Source: Halanaerobiaceae bacterium ANBcel28
GTDB taxonomy: Bacteria; Bacillota; Halanaerobiia; Halanaerobiales; DTU029
Direction: 5' to 3'
NCBI GenBank assembly: GCA_037623315.1
Contig: JBBJJH010000001.1
Location: forward strand, 77,019 to 141,018
Length of the DNA: 64,000 nucleotides
How positions within the stretch are numbered: the stretch's first letter is position 1; each line of letters opens with the position of its first letter. The notes under the pieces were generated by a model, which saw nothing but the letters and a program-made list of their open reading frames with translations, did not search any database and was not told the origin of the DNA. The translations under genes and the position numbers were made by a program. Shown in pieces: positions 9,501 through 18,367 of the stretch.

Positions 9501-10640
9501 ATATTCTTCTTCAAGATTTTTGTATTGACTTTGTAATTTCTTTTCTCTTTCTTGCTTTTCCTCCAGGTTTGTCTTCTTAGCCTTGTGCCGTTTTTGCAAT
9601 TCCTTTTCTTTTTCTTCCCTTTTATCAATTTCAATTTTGGCCTGATAGCTATCATGTTTTTCCAATTTCTGTTTTTTGTGTTCATATAATGTCTGCCTAG
9701 AATTAAGTTCATCAATTTTCTCTTCAGCTTCTTTATAAGCTGAATGAAATTCTTCCATAGCATTTTGCTGTTTTTCCAATTCTTCCTTGCTATCTTTTAA
9801 CTCCTTTTGAGCATTCAGATAAGTTTTTGCTTTTTCTAATAAAAGAAATCTATTATAGCGGTCATATTCACTTTTCAATTTATCTGCAGCTGCTTTACTT
9901 TCTTTTAAAGCCTCTAGCTGGGTTTTAATATTATCCATATTCTCAATGGCTTCTGACATTGGCCGCAAATCTTCATCAGATAGTGGCTGGATGGCATTAT
10001 TCATAATGTCATATATAACAGTTGGCTTAAAATCCTTGGATAGTTTAGGTGTGCGCAATTGCACAAGTAGTTTAACCAATTCATCATATTCCTCTATATT
10101 TTCAAAACCAAAGAGAAGCTTATTGACCATTTCCATATAATTTCCCTGACTATCGTAAAATTCACCACCATTGGCAACTCGATTTCTCAACTCAATCTTA
10201 CTTAAAGGTACTTTGTCCCCCATTTCCTTATAAAGAAAGAAATCTTTTCCGATTCTTCTGCCATCAGTAAGAGAAAACCCCCAGGAATTTAAAGGTTTTC
10301 CCCGTCTAGCTTGAAATCCCATGCCAATAGTTAGATATCTACCTGAATCCTTTTTCGCAAATTCCATATATAGATAGCCAGTACGCTCATCCTGTCCATT
10401 TTCATCTTCTCCAAGTAGGTAATTGTCCATCTTTCGAGCTCTAGAGCCAAAAGGATCCAATCTTTCTGGACTCCTATTACCATCAAGCAAAAGTGGTATA
10501 AAACTCTGCATGGTTACAGACTTACCTGATCCGTTTGACCCTCTTAGTAATAATCTACCATTTGAAAAATGAAACTCTTCTTCATCATAATACCAAAAAT
10601 TAAGCAAGCCCACTTTGTTTATTATCCATTTATCCTGCAT
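6537..10640 (-). CDS. jetC: Wadjet JetC, SMC-like ATPase (TIGR02680)
   Basis: 1367 aa; Walker A RGSNGSGKSVTMQ at N-terminus; long coiled coil; C-terminal RFSGGEKAMAMYVPLF (signature-like) and ISLDEAFAGVD Walker B; 1-bp overlap with jetB. Confidence 0.85.
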   Translation of the reverse strand: MQDKWIINKVGLLNFWYYDEEEFHFSNGRLLLRGSNGSGKSVTMQSFIPLLLDGNRSPERLDPFGSRARKMDNYLLGEDENGQDERTGYLYMEFAKKDSGRYLTIGMGFQARRGKPLNSWGFSLTDGRRIGKDFFLYKEMGDKVPLSKIELRNRVANGGEFYDSQGNYMEMVNKLLFGFENIEEYDELVKLLVQLRTPKLSKDFKPTVIYDIMNNAIQPLSDEDLRPMSEAIENMDNIKTQLEALKESKAAADKLKSEYDRYNRFLLLEKAKTYLNAQKELKDSKEELEKQQNAMEEFHSAYKEAEEKIDELNSRQTLYEHKKQKLEKHDSYQAKIEIDKREEKEKELQKRHKAKKTNLEEKQEREKKLQSQYKNLEEEYQYLDKEINTILKEMAEFAEEFKFDEHSFASEEIAQKPPREYDFTYLKNELLRYRERIAEGLKKLAEEKKQKVEYDRALQILDQAKKEKDDASRELERVQSLFDETRDEYLEKVYRWEKNNLLLKLSEEEMQNLSRIVRSYGEGSSFDDILVELRKKTSLLESNINRENSSIEATIDSYQEELQEKEKELEEWKKKKDPEPPREEKVLRNRERLAEEGIPFLPFYKAVDFRDDLSQEARGVLEEALIDMGLLDALIVPEEYREEDVLNMDRGMADKYIFSNPQYMTHELSLFLKAEKVEDSQITPAIIDQALKSIVLNKGDSLTFLNEKGEFSIGILRGKASASFEAKYIGVQAREEYRQQVIEGLEAEIRDLNSHIEEEIIKIKKLQELLALIQEEFRRFPGKDDLETGLKMLQNASLSLENHQKETKRKEEEAEKIYKKLKEVSEQVQEITAKIYLPLNLNAYQEALEAAEDYKDHLSELSSKHTLLVNKRYQLSNGQEQIEDVLQDIDNLFYDLNRLERELKENSEIIASYREILEKTDYQEIEREIDQCINVLKEIPEELQKESKRSAVSQEKYQRIANNLAGLEKRILRAKEIDTISKLSFEKEINLAYVYSREDEEDLFASARGVYKSLRSDDEKRSKIDYITSLTDKYYQNRQYLTEYNLMAEHLFTKDDWQEEIKQIDDLDINQMIEDFKRLEFTARIKGKDVNFYTLVDFIEESIVENEQLLKESDRQLFEDILANTISKKIRARIYHAEQWVKKMNKLMESMDTSSGLSFSLRWKSRVAETEEQMDTRELVEILKSEASLLKEEDFKKLSAHFRSKISEVRKVMEDSGSNQTFHAIMKDILDYRKWFEFRLYYQKTNEPKRELTNNAFNRFSGGEKAMAMYVPLFSAVYARYENGRKDCPRIISLDEAFAGVDSNNIRDMFRLLEELDLSFVINSQVLWGDYDTVPSLSICELVRPNNADVVSVIRYQWDGNVRTLVS

Positions 10641-11794
10641 TATTCTCCACCTTCTATCTTAAAATCATCTGGATATTTACCTATAATCTTACCCACTAAA
10701 GGAAGTATCCTTATTTCTTTCCTACTATTATCTGCTTCTAACATACTAAAACTTTTCATATATACTATAAGCTCTTCTACTAGCTTTTCTATACTCATCT
10801 CTCTATAGCCTTTGCTCCAGCCTGAATGATAGCGCTGATGACAAAGAACTACTATATTCGCAAATTTGACCTCTGAGATAGTTATGGTATCATCTTCTTT
10901 TTTGCTAAGATCCCCTTCTTCCAGCATTTCTCTGATAATAGCATTCATCTGTAATACAATATCTGATATACTCTTATTATCAGGAAAAACATCTTTAAAA
11001 TATTTGCTTTCATCAAGAGAAATAAAGGCACCATTTTTATGAACATGGAGTTCACTTTCTAGCAGATCCTCTACATCTTTTTTTAGCATATTGCGATAGT
11101 TTTTTATATAAAGGTAATCAGCATCATCAACACCCTCATTATAGACTACAGGAGACATAAAAAGACGGCGGTATACCCTGTTGCGCCTGACCCTTCCCCT
11201 ATCTCGATCCAGATCCAACCATTCGCCTTTTTCGATATCTTTGTATGAGGAATAATTGCTTATATTTCCGGCAAAATTCAGCATAAAGTATTTAGAAAGA
11301 CCAGTGTTTTCATATAGTACCTCTTCTTCAGCTGAACTAATAAAATTAGAGTCACTACCATCATTTGTTTTTATAAGGAAAATATCTTCTGCAAAGCGAA
11401 GCACTTTTACAAGATGTCTGCGATGATTGTATAGTGTCCAATCAAGCTCTATATCTCTATCTTGTGGAAAAATAGCTTCAATAAAATCTGTCAGCTGTGA
11501 GAGTATAAACTGTTCTTCTGCTCCTTTATCCTCAAGAAAGGTCAACAACAAGGTTAAAAAGGCATATTCTAATTTGTCAGTGAATTCTTCAATACCCATC
11601 CAGGATTCTGGTTTACCAGGTAACTTCTCTAATTTTATAAGATAGGGATTGATTATAAGTCGATATCCCAGCCTGTCCTGTAAAAAAGTTTTTAATTTAG
11701 GATAGGCATCTTTTATTCGATAGTAAAGTTCTTTGTCTTCTTCCTTACTAATCCAGTATCTTTCCAGTAATATCTCCAGTTCTTTCATAAGCAA
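10640..11794 (-). CDS. jetB: Wadjet JetB (DUF2398/TIGR02678, MksE-like)
   Basis: 384 aa acidic protein sandwiched between kleisin-like jetA and SMC-like jetC in the canonical order. Confidence 0.7.
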   Translation of the reverse strand: MLMKELEILLERYWISKEEDKELYYRIKDAYPKLKTFLQDRLGYRLIINPYLIKLEKLPGKPESWMGIEEFTDKLEYAFLTLLLTFLEDKGAEEQFILSQLTDFIEAIFPQDRDIELDWTLYNHRRHLVKVLRFAEDIFLIKTNDGSDSNFISSAEEEVLYENTGLSKYFMLNFAGNISNYSSYKDIEKGEWLDLDRDRGRVRRNRVYRRLFMSPVVYNEGVDDADYLYIKNYRNMLKKDVEDLLESELHVHKNGAFISLDESKYFKDVFPDNKSISDIVLQMNAIIREMLEEGDLSKKEDDTITISEVKFANIVVLCHQRYHSGWSKGYREMSIEKLVEELIVYMKSFSMLEADNSRKEIRILPLVGKIIGKYPDDFKIEGGE

Positions 11795-11804
11795 TCCTTT
11801 CTCT

Positions 11805-13325
11805 TTAAACTACACTTTGTTCAATTTCTACTTCCTGTTGAATATTTTCGACCAAAAACATAATCTTATAAGCAGGCATGGTTAGATTCCCATCTTCACA
11901 TCTAAGGATACAATCTTGCTCATTTACTGGCTTAATTAATTTGAATTCTCGTCCATCTTCTGTCTTTGCTAAATTGTTATGAGATGCGGTAGCTTTCCCT
12001 ATCCATTTTAATAATGTTATTCGGACATGTGATGGAATGAGGGGTAATTCTGAAAAATCAATTATATTCTCCTGAATATAGCTATCAATTACCTCCTGCT
12101 CCTGCTTCCTTTCTCGAATATATATTTTAAGTAATTTTTTCTTTTTTTTGGACTTGTCCTCTATAGGAATTCTTTTTCTCTTTTCCCGATAACGTCTAAC
12201 TCGTGGTTTGATTTTTAATTCCACTGCTGCCTCATCATAGATACCACTATTAATACTTTCGGTTTCTCTATTGATATTTGCTTTGATGTGACGGCTTCGA
12301 AAAATACCAAAACTAAGAGATGATAATTTGTTTGCTTCGTCCATATCCTGACAGTCTAAAAACAACTCACAAAGTTTCCGATACTCCTCTTTCCGATTGG
12401 CAGCACTATTACGATTTTCAATAATCTGGGAAGCAAAGCGTGTAATTTTCCTGATAATTTCGTTAGTAATTTCGAATAATTTTACTGCCTCACTCTCAGC
12501 CTCTCCACTCCCTAGAAACCAATCGCGAAAGTTTTTCCATCTGCCGGCTATATTTTCTTCTAAATCTTGATCTGTGACTTCATTTTCCAGTCTAGGTATT
12601 GACTTCTCAAATTGCCATGCCTTCTTCAATACCTTTTCCACCTGAGAGTCACTAAGTTTTTTAATTGTTTCTTCTATAATATAAAGATTTTTCTGTAGCT
12701 CTTTAACAAACTCTCTTAAGTAATCTATGACAGCATCTTTATAAGCAATAAATTCCCGAGTTCTCATCATTTCTTCTGCTTTTATACTATAAAAGCTACG
12801 AATATAATCCTGATAGTTTTGATTCAAGCGTTTAAAGTCTGTATTTAAATCCCTCCACCAGAGACCTACAACTTTTAGATCCTCTTCTGCCATAGAGGAG
12901 AATTTCTGAACCTCATCTTTAATCCGCTCAAGCAAGGTGGGTTCCAGAGAAGCCCCTTCCACAAAAATATTCTCTAACTTAATAGTCATTCGCTCTATTT
13001 CCACAGAGTATTCGGAGAGTTGATATCTAAATTGCTTATTCCTGAATTCTTCTATAGTTGCCGATTTAGAGGTATCCTGCATAGCCACTAAATTACCCCA
13101 ATCCAACAAGACGTCAAGATCCTGCTTACACTGTTCCATAGTATAATCTTTAAAAATCTCATGTTTTTTTAATTCCTGAAAGACCTCTTCTTTATACATC
13201 CAGTATTTGATTTTTTCATATTGCTCATAGAAATACCTTAGTATAGGACGATAACGCCATGAGTTATCTGTATTAAGATATTTCACTTCTACAAGCGGCT
13301 TTGTCAGCTTGGAATTAATATTCAT
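11805..13325 (-). CDS. jetA: Wadjet JetA (DUF2397/TIGR02677, MksF-like kleisin)
   Basis: 506 aa, first gene of the jetABCD arrangement. Confidence 0.7.
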   Translation of the reverse strand: MNINSKLTKPLVEVKYLNTDNSWRYRPILRYFYEQYEKIKYWMYKEEVFQELKKHEIFKDYTMEQCKQDLDVLLDWGNLVAMQDTSKSATIEEFRNKQFRYQLSEYSVEIERMTIKLENIFVEGASLEPTLLERIKDEVQKFSSMAEEDLKVVGLWWRDLNTDFKRLNQNYQDYIRSFYSIKAEEMMRTREFIAYKDAVIDYLREFVKELQKNLYIIEETIKKLSDSQVEKVLKKAWQFEKSIPRLENEVTDQDLEENIAGRWKNFRDWFLGSGEAESEAVKLFEITNEIIRKITRFASQIIENRNSAANRKEEYRKLCELFLDCQDMDEANKLSSLSFGIFRSRHIKANINRETESINSGIYDEAAVELKIKPRVRRYREKRKRIPIEDKSKKKKKLLKIYIRERKQEQEVIDSYIQENIIDFSELPLIPSHVRITLLKWIGKATASHNNLAKTEDGREFKLIKPVNEQDCILRCEDGNLTMPAYKIMFLVENIQQEVEIEQSVV

Positions 13326-13379
13326 AATCTACTCCTTATTCATGAATTATATGTATAATTTTGTTAGTATTATATACTT

Positions 13380-13409
13380 TTCAATAATAATTATAAGTAA
13401 TAATAGTAT
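13380..13409 (-). promoter_or_regulatory. consensus sigma-A promoter of jetA (TTGACA-18-TATAAT)
   Basis: Minus strand: TTGACA (13409..13404), 18-bp spacer, TATAAT (13385..13380); about 55 nt upstream of the jetA ATG. Confidence 0.7.
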
Positions 13410-13532
13410 CTTGTGTCAAGGAAGTATAGAAGAAGCTCAGTGCAAAACAGCCATATTCGCTGTACTTATCAAGTTTAAAATTCTTTTACTTAAGTATTTA
13501 CATTTCATTTCAATTCTTACAAAAGGTTTAGA

Positions 13533-14090
13533 CTACCAGTTACTAATAATTCCCAGCTGTATAAATGCAACTGAAAGTAAGCTCAATAACCTATATTTAG
13601 AATTTCTTAAGTAATAATGCTCCTGCCTATTAAATATATCCATATTAGCTCTTGCAAAATTATCGACATCAAAGTCTATTTTTTCTCTTTCTAGATATCT
13701 TTTTAATTCATTTACAGCTTCCTTAATTGTCCCATCATTTATATTATTTATTTGCATATGATTATTTGCAACAAGAAATGCCTTTGTTTCTGTACCAAGT
13801 GAAAAAGCAAGATCACAGGAATTAATATAGAAGTTAGATATGCAATAGCTTTCTATTGATGGATAGCTTAATAATAAAACACCACCCCGCATATCATCGT
13901 TATCATATGGATCTCTTAATTTTTGAATTAATTCTTTAATAAATTCAATATCTTCATTTGATTCTGGATCTCTATCAAATAAATAATATATCGCTGTATT
14001 ATCAACAGGGAAACTGTATTTAGTTATTAATTCCTCATATAAATTATCTAAGTAACTATTTTGGTCTTTAATATAAGAAATTATTAAGTT
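13533..14090 (-). pseudogene. Toprim-like C-terminal half of an OLD-family nuclease, in a frame shifted relative to the upstream ATPase ORF; no in-frame ATG/GTG/TTG before residue 67
   Basis: I translated the minus strand by hand. The frame is open from 14090 (just after an in-frame TAA at 14093..14091) down to the stop at 13533, 186 codons. The only canonical start is the ATG at 13892. The 66 start-less codons contain IYYLFDRDPES (a DxD Toprim-like motif), and SYPSIESY lies downstream. Confidence 0.45.
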
Positions 14091-15238
14091 TTATCATAGT
14101 TTGGAAGCCCCTCAAAAATACCGCTCAAATACATTTTTTCTAAATTCTGAGCTAGTCTAGGTTGTTCATCAGAAAATCTCTTAACCCAACTACCTTCTGA
14201 TCCATTAAAATTAACAGAATAAACCTGATCAGGTCTTAGAATTGAAGTGCTTAATAAATTAGTAGAATGGGAGACAAAGAAAATTTGAGAAGAGATTGAT
14301 GATTTCATAAAGTGTTTAATCAATAATTCTTCTAGTTCATTATGAAATCCACTTGAAAATTCATCTACTAAAAGCATACCTTTCTTATTTATAATATTTA
14401 AAAAAGAAGGTAATATATTTAGCAGAGTTTGATTTCCTAATGATTCTTCCTCATAGGGAATAACTGTAGCTATATCTTTTCTTCTAAAAAAAACAGTTTT
14501 ATTATTATCTATAGTTCTTAAATTTACCTTTCCATCAGAAAATTCCTTAGAATATTCTATTACCTGGTCAAACTTATGCTTCTCAAAAAAACTATTAATA
14601 CTTGCAGTACCCTGGTTTTTTAAAAACTCATCTAATAATAATTCTTCTTTACCATAATGAATTACATCACTATCAAAAGCATTAATATATATCGAATTCT
14701 GTAAATATTCAAACCAAGTCTTTAATATTTCATTACCTGCAAATCTTGTATTGAAATATAATGTTCTTAAAAATAATGTTTTATTATCCAGATCATCCTC
14801 ATCGTAAATAGTTTCTTTTTCGTCAACTATATAAGACCGTGCATTAAGGCCCATTCTATCTAGTAATAACTTATCTTCTATATGCAATTTCTCAAAAATA
14901 ATATTCTTTAGTGGATTGTTTATCACTGAATATCTAATTTCTTTATCCTTTATCTTAAAATAATAATCAATAGAAAATTCTTCTTCATCAGAGAATAAAC
15001 ATTTATAAATTCTTGATTTAGTATTTTTTTCTCTAAATAGCATATCTAATAAAAATTTTATTGCAATAAGAATATTAGATTTTCCAGAAGCATTTGCACC
15101 AACAAACATTATACCTTTTAGTATACCATTATCAGCAACATTACTATCTTCTAAAAATCTATAATTAGTTCGAGAAAAATCAATTTCAGTCTTCTCTTTA
15201 AAAGATTTAAAATTTTTGATTTCAACTTTTGATAACAT
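14084..15238 (-). CDS. OLD-family / AAA_21-type ABC ATPase (N-terminal half of an Old/GajA-like nuclease)
   Basis: MLSKVEIKNFKSFKEKTEIDF...FVGANASGKSNILIAIKFL (Walker A), LLVDEFSSGFH (Walker B); ends ...LSGIFEGLPNYDKT*, where FEG resembles the first Toprim glutamate motif. Confidence 0.7.
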   Translation of the reverse strand: MLSKVEIKNFKSFKEKTEIDFSRTNYRFLEDSNVADNGILKGIMFVGANASGKSNILIAIKFLLDMLFREKNTKSRIYKCLFSDEEEFSIDYYFKIKDKEIRYSVINNPLKNIIFEKLHIEDKLLLDRMGLNARSYIVDEKETIYDEDDLDNKTLFLRTLYFNTRFAGNEILKTWFEYLQNSIYINAFDSDVIHYGKEELLLDEFLKNQGTASINSFFEKHKFDQVIEYSKEFSDGKVNLRTIDNNKTVFFRRKDIATVIPYEEESLGNQTLLNILPSFLNIINKKGMLLVDEFSSGFHNELEELLIKHFMKSSISSQIFFVSHSTNLLSTSILRPDQVYSVNFNGSEGSWVKRFSDEQPRLAQNLEKMYLSGIFEGLPNYDKT

Positions 15239-15365
15239 TGCTTCTCACCCCTCTTTTTTTCAATTATATCATACATTTCTTATTATGTGTAATTTTTTTA
15301 CGATCAATACATGTTATAATGTATTTTTTTTACTACTCATTAGGTGCTAGTCGTATTTTAATATA

Positions 15366-15412
15366 CTATGCAAAACAGCCAGCCATTTATCACATAAACG
15401 GCTGACTGTTTC
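15366..15412 (-). terminator. rho-independent terminator downstream of ywbE
   Basis: Minus strand: AACAGTCAGCCGTTTATGTGATAAATGGCTGGCTGTT followed by TTTGCAT. Confidence 0.6.
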
Positions 15413-15448
15413 TCCTGATCTAGCAAACGCAAACTATAAGATCTTTTT

Positions 15449-15649
15449 CTATTTAATTTCTTTAACCCTACCAACAATTCCATCCTCCAGCATTACTTTA
15501 ATTCCATGTGGATGACTGGAAGAATTAGTGAGTATCTTTTTAACCACTCCTTCAGTAAGATTACCACTTCTTTGATCCTGCTTTTTTACAATCTTTACTG
15601 TATCACCTATTTTAATGTCACTTCTATTTCTACCATCCATTTGCTTCAC
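15449..15649 (-). CDS. ywbE: YwbE family small protein (DUF2196)
   Basis: 66 aa; ...GDTVKIVKKQDQRSGNLTEGVVKKILT...GIKVMLEDGIVGRVKEI matches the YwbE signature. Confidence 0.65.
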   Translation of the reverse strand: MKQMDGRNRSDIKIGDTVKIVKKQDQRSGNLTEGVVKKILTNSSSHPHGIKVMLEDGIVGRVKEIK

Positions 15650-15706
15650 CCTTTTCTCTCTCTTCCATTATTCTATTGGAATTAATTTAAATCTAATATA
15701 CACTTT

Positions 15707-15736
15707 TTCTATAATAATTATAAGTAATAATAAGAT
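15707..15736 (-). promoter_or_regulatory. consensus sigma-A promoter of ywbE, near-identical copy of the jetA promoter module
   Basis: Minus strand: TTGACA (15736..15731), 18-bp spacer, TATAAT (15712..15707). Confidence 0.7.
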
Positions 15737-15838
15737 ATCGTGTCAAGGAAAGACAGAAAGCCCCAGTAAGTATTATTCCTTATTACTGGGGAACTTATTT
15801 TAAATAGACCACACATATACTTTAGTAATAATAAATTT

Positions 15839-16663
15839 TCATCCCAGTAATAGAAAATATCCAAGAACTATTAAACCCAAGACTATACGATACCAGCCAA
15901 AGGCCTTAAAGTCATTGTTCTTAATATAGACCAATAAGAAGCGGATAGCTAATATAGAAACAGCAAAGGCTACAAACATACCAAGTAATAAAAAGGCCAA
16001 TTCCATGCCAGTAAAATTAAAGCCAAACTTAAGAAGTTTTAAGGCACTGGCACCAAACATCACTGGTATAGAGAGAAAAAATGAATACTCAGCAGCTATA
16101 TGACGTGATGTACCAAAGATAATCGCGCCTATAATAGTTGCTCCTGAACGAGAAGTTCCTGGTATTAAAGCTAAGACCTGAAAAAGACCAATACAGAAAG
16201 CTGTTCTATAGGATAATTCTGCAAATTTGTTTACTCTGCTAATCATATATTTATTACGATTTTCTATAAGGATAAAAAGTATCCCATAAACAATCAACAA
16301 GATTGCAACAGTCTGATAATTATATAAATGCTCATTTAAAATATCATCAAATAAAAGACCAATAACTGCTGCTGGAATAACCCCTACTATTACCTTATAC
16401 CATATTTGTATTGTTTCCACTTTTTCCTCTTTAGTTTTTTTAGAAGTGAAGGGATTTAATTTATGAAAAAAAAGAAAAACCACTGCCATAATAGCACCTA
16501 ATTGAATAAGTACTAAAAACATCTCTTTAAATTCTGCAGATGCATTTAAGTGGATAAATTCATCGACTAATATCATATGACCAGTACTACTGACAGGAAG
16601 CCATTCTGTAATCCCTTCTACAATTCCTATAATAACAACTTTTAATAATTCCAATAAAACCAT
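15839..16663 (-). CDS. uppP: undecaprenyl-diphosphatase
   Basis: [21 protein letters not shown] signature; start moved to the MVLLELL ATG (AGGGGGT SD 8 nt upstream). Confidence 0.85.
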   Translation of the reverse strand: MVLLELLKVVIIGIVEGITEWLPVSSTGHMILVDEFIHLNASAEFKEMFLVLIQLGAIMAVVFLFFHKLNPFTSKKTKEEKVETIQIWYKVIVGVIPAAVIGLLFDDILNEHLYNYQTVAILLIVYGILFILIENRNKYMISRVNKFAELSYRTAFCIGLFQVLALIPGTSRSGATIIGAIIFGTSRHIAAEYSFFLSIPVMFGASALKLLKFGFNFTGMELAFLLLGMFVAFAVSILAIRFLLVYIKNNDFKAFGWYRIVLGLIVLGYFLLLG

Positions 16664-16788
16664 AGTATTTTTACCCCCTGATAGAGTTAATTTATACATC
16701 TTTCTATAATATATATGAAAGTGACTTATGTAATATCTATTCTAAGAAAGGATAATGAAGTATATTGAAATTATTAAATAATATCTTT

Positions 16789-16857
16789 TTACAATGAAAA
16801 ACAGCCAGCCATTATCCCTATATAATGACTAGCTGTTAAGAATTTTTATTGCTTTAT
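16789..16857. terminator. bidirectional rho-independent terminator
   Basis: AACAGCCAGCCATTAT-ccct-ATAATGACTAGCTGTT flanked by T-runs on both strands. Confidence 0.65.
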
Positions 16858-18306
16858 ATCAAAGTAGCCTAAGGTACCTTCAAATTCAAGAATTATATCG
16901 TCTCCATCTCTTGGCAAATATCCTAATTCCCATTCAATCTCATCCAATATGGGTTGCAAACTTTCATGAACATTAGTAACTCGTACTTTAAACTCATTTA
17001 TTGGAGAATACTCAGGAAAATGTTCATTAAAATCTAAATCAAATTCAAGTCCTATATTTAATAAAGAACTATCTAAGTCAGTATCATAGATCAGCATTTG
17101 CCCATCATTATGTTTGAAATTAAAATACAAATTATTAATACTTAATTCAGGGACTTCAGCATCCCACATACCTACTCCTATATCTAGACCCATATCAAAT
17201 AACAGCATATATGCTAACATTACTTCCGCTTCTCCAGTAAAGATAGTATTAAGTCCTTCTAGTGCAAGATTAATTTCTCCTTCAGGAAAAACAAAACTAT
17301 AAGGATCATCATCATATACTCCTGATAAATCAAATTCTAATAATAATTTATCAATACTATATTCTCCAGTACTACTGGCTTCTCCGAAAGATAGATCTTC
17401 GAATAGTAATTTTGAATTACCTTCCATTTCATAATTAATAAATTCTAAGTTATTAAAGCTATTACCACTGTAGTTTACAATTACAGAGTAGTTTGTATCT
17501 AAAAAAGTATTTGTAAAATTCATTCCATCAAAAATAATTTGCTTATTATTACTATCATGTCTAATATCAACACTCATTTTATCTATAGTGCTTAATTCAG
17601 CTAGCTGAGGAAAAGCAAATTCAGCTAATTCTTCTAATTCAGCATAATACATATCCATTCCCATAATTTTTATAGATAATTGCTGATCTTCATCTAGTAT
17701 AAGATCAGGATTCAACTCCATATCTTTATGTATATAACCATCAAATTCTAAATCAATCTCTTCAATACTAAATTCCGGTTCTTCTCTATATGAAGAAACT
17801 CTTACTCCTTTCATATTAAGAAAGAATTTATCTATTTCATCAATATCTCCTTCTGTTTCTAATATCTCTTTAAGCTTAGCATATGTACTGGAAAGAGTGA
17901 CTTTGTCTATGTCTAAACGATCCCACCTATCTTCAAACACAAGATCACTAATGACAATTTCACCAAAAGCAGCGTTAACTGTCAAATCTGAATAATCAAC
18001 ACTCATATCTAAAGTTCTTTCTATATCTTTAATATTAGTAGATAATATTTCTTCAACTTGATCTACTAAATTATTACTAATTATGATGTTAATTATAAAA
18101 AAAGCAGTAAAAACAAGAAGTAGTGCAACGCCTGTTTTAACAAGCTTCCTTTTCTTCCCTTTTTTCTTCAAACTCTCTTCCTCTTTTGAACTTTGCTCCA
18201 ATTGATTTCCACAATCTCTACAAAAATTATCATTAGTTTTAACTTCATTTCCACAATATGAACAATACGGCATTTTAATATTCCCCCTCCTAGTGTTATC
18301 ATACAT
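16846..18306 (-). CDS. zinc-ribbon domain membrane-anchored protein, unknown function
   Basis: N-terminal CSYCGNEV...CRDCGN zinc ribbon, a lysine-rich linker, one transmembrane helix, then a long acidic extracytoplasmic domain. Confidence 0.5.
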   Translation of the reverse strand: MYDNTRRGNIKMPYCSYCGNEVKTNDNFCRDCGNQLEQSSKEEESLKKKGKKRKLVKTGVALLLVFTAFFIINIIISNNLVDQVEEILSTNIKDIERTLDMSVDYSDLTVNAAFGEIVISDLVFEDRWDRLDIDKVTLSSTYAKLKEILETEGDIDEIDKFFLNMKGVRVSSYREEPEFSIEEIDLEFDGYIHKDMELNPDLILDEDQQLSIKIMGMDMYYAELEELAEFAFPQLAELSTIDKMSVDIRHDSNNKQIIFDGMNFTNTFLDTNYSVIVNYSGNSFNNLEFINYEMEGNSKLLFEDLSFGEASSTGEYSIDKLLLEFDLSGVYDDDPYSFVFPEGEINLALEGLNTIFTGEAEVMLAYMLLFDMGLDIGVGMWDAEVPELSINNLYFNFKHNDGQMLIYDTDLDSSLLNIGLEFDLDFNEHFPEYSPINEFKVRVTNVHESLQPILDEIEWELGYLPRDGDDIILEFEGTLGYFDIKQ

Positions 18307-18367
18307 GTTCTCTACATATCTTATATTCTATAAGTTGATTAAAAGTACCTGCAGTAAATTCTTTTTT

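Noticed and set aside
6701-10140. Five antisense/alternate-frame ORFs (6701-6952, 6964-7236, 9098-9349, 9491-9763, 9946-10140) inside jetC
   Set aside because: Fully embedded in a well-supported 1367-aa SMC-like gene. Their sequences are low complexity (K/R- or S/L-rich), typical of reading the antisense strand of a coiled-coil gene.
13309-13614. 101-aa plus-strand ORF, and a similar one at 15615-15803, sharing the peptide SIIIISNN
   Set aside because: The shared peptide is simply the translation of the duplicated promoter module. Both are I/L/F-rich AT-rich noise.
14084-14093. Programmed -1 ribosomal frameshift joining the OLD ATPase and Toprim frames
   Set aside because: Considered because the frames abut exactly. 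However, the junction (GAT AAA ACT TAA) lacks a canonical X XXY YYZ slippery heptamer and a downstream pseudoknot. Indel or pseudogene is more parsimonious, so I keep it as unresolved.
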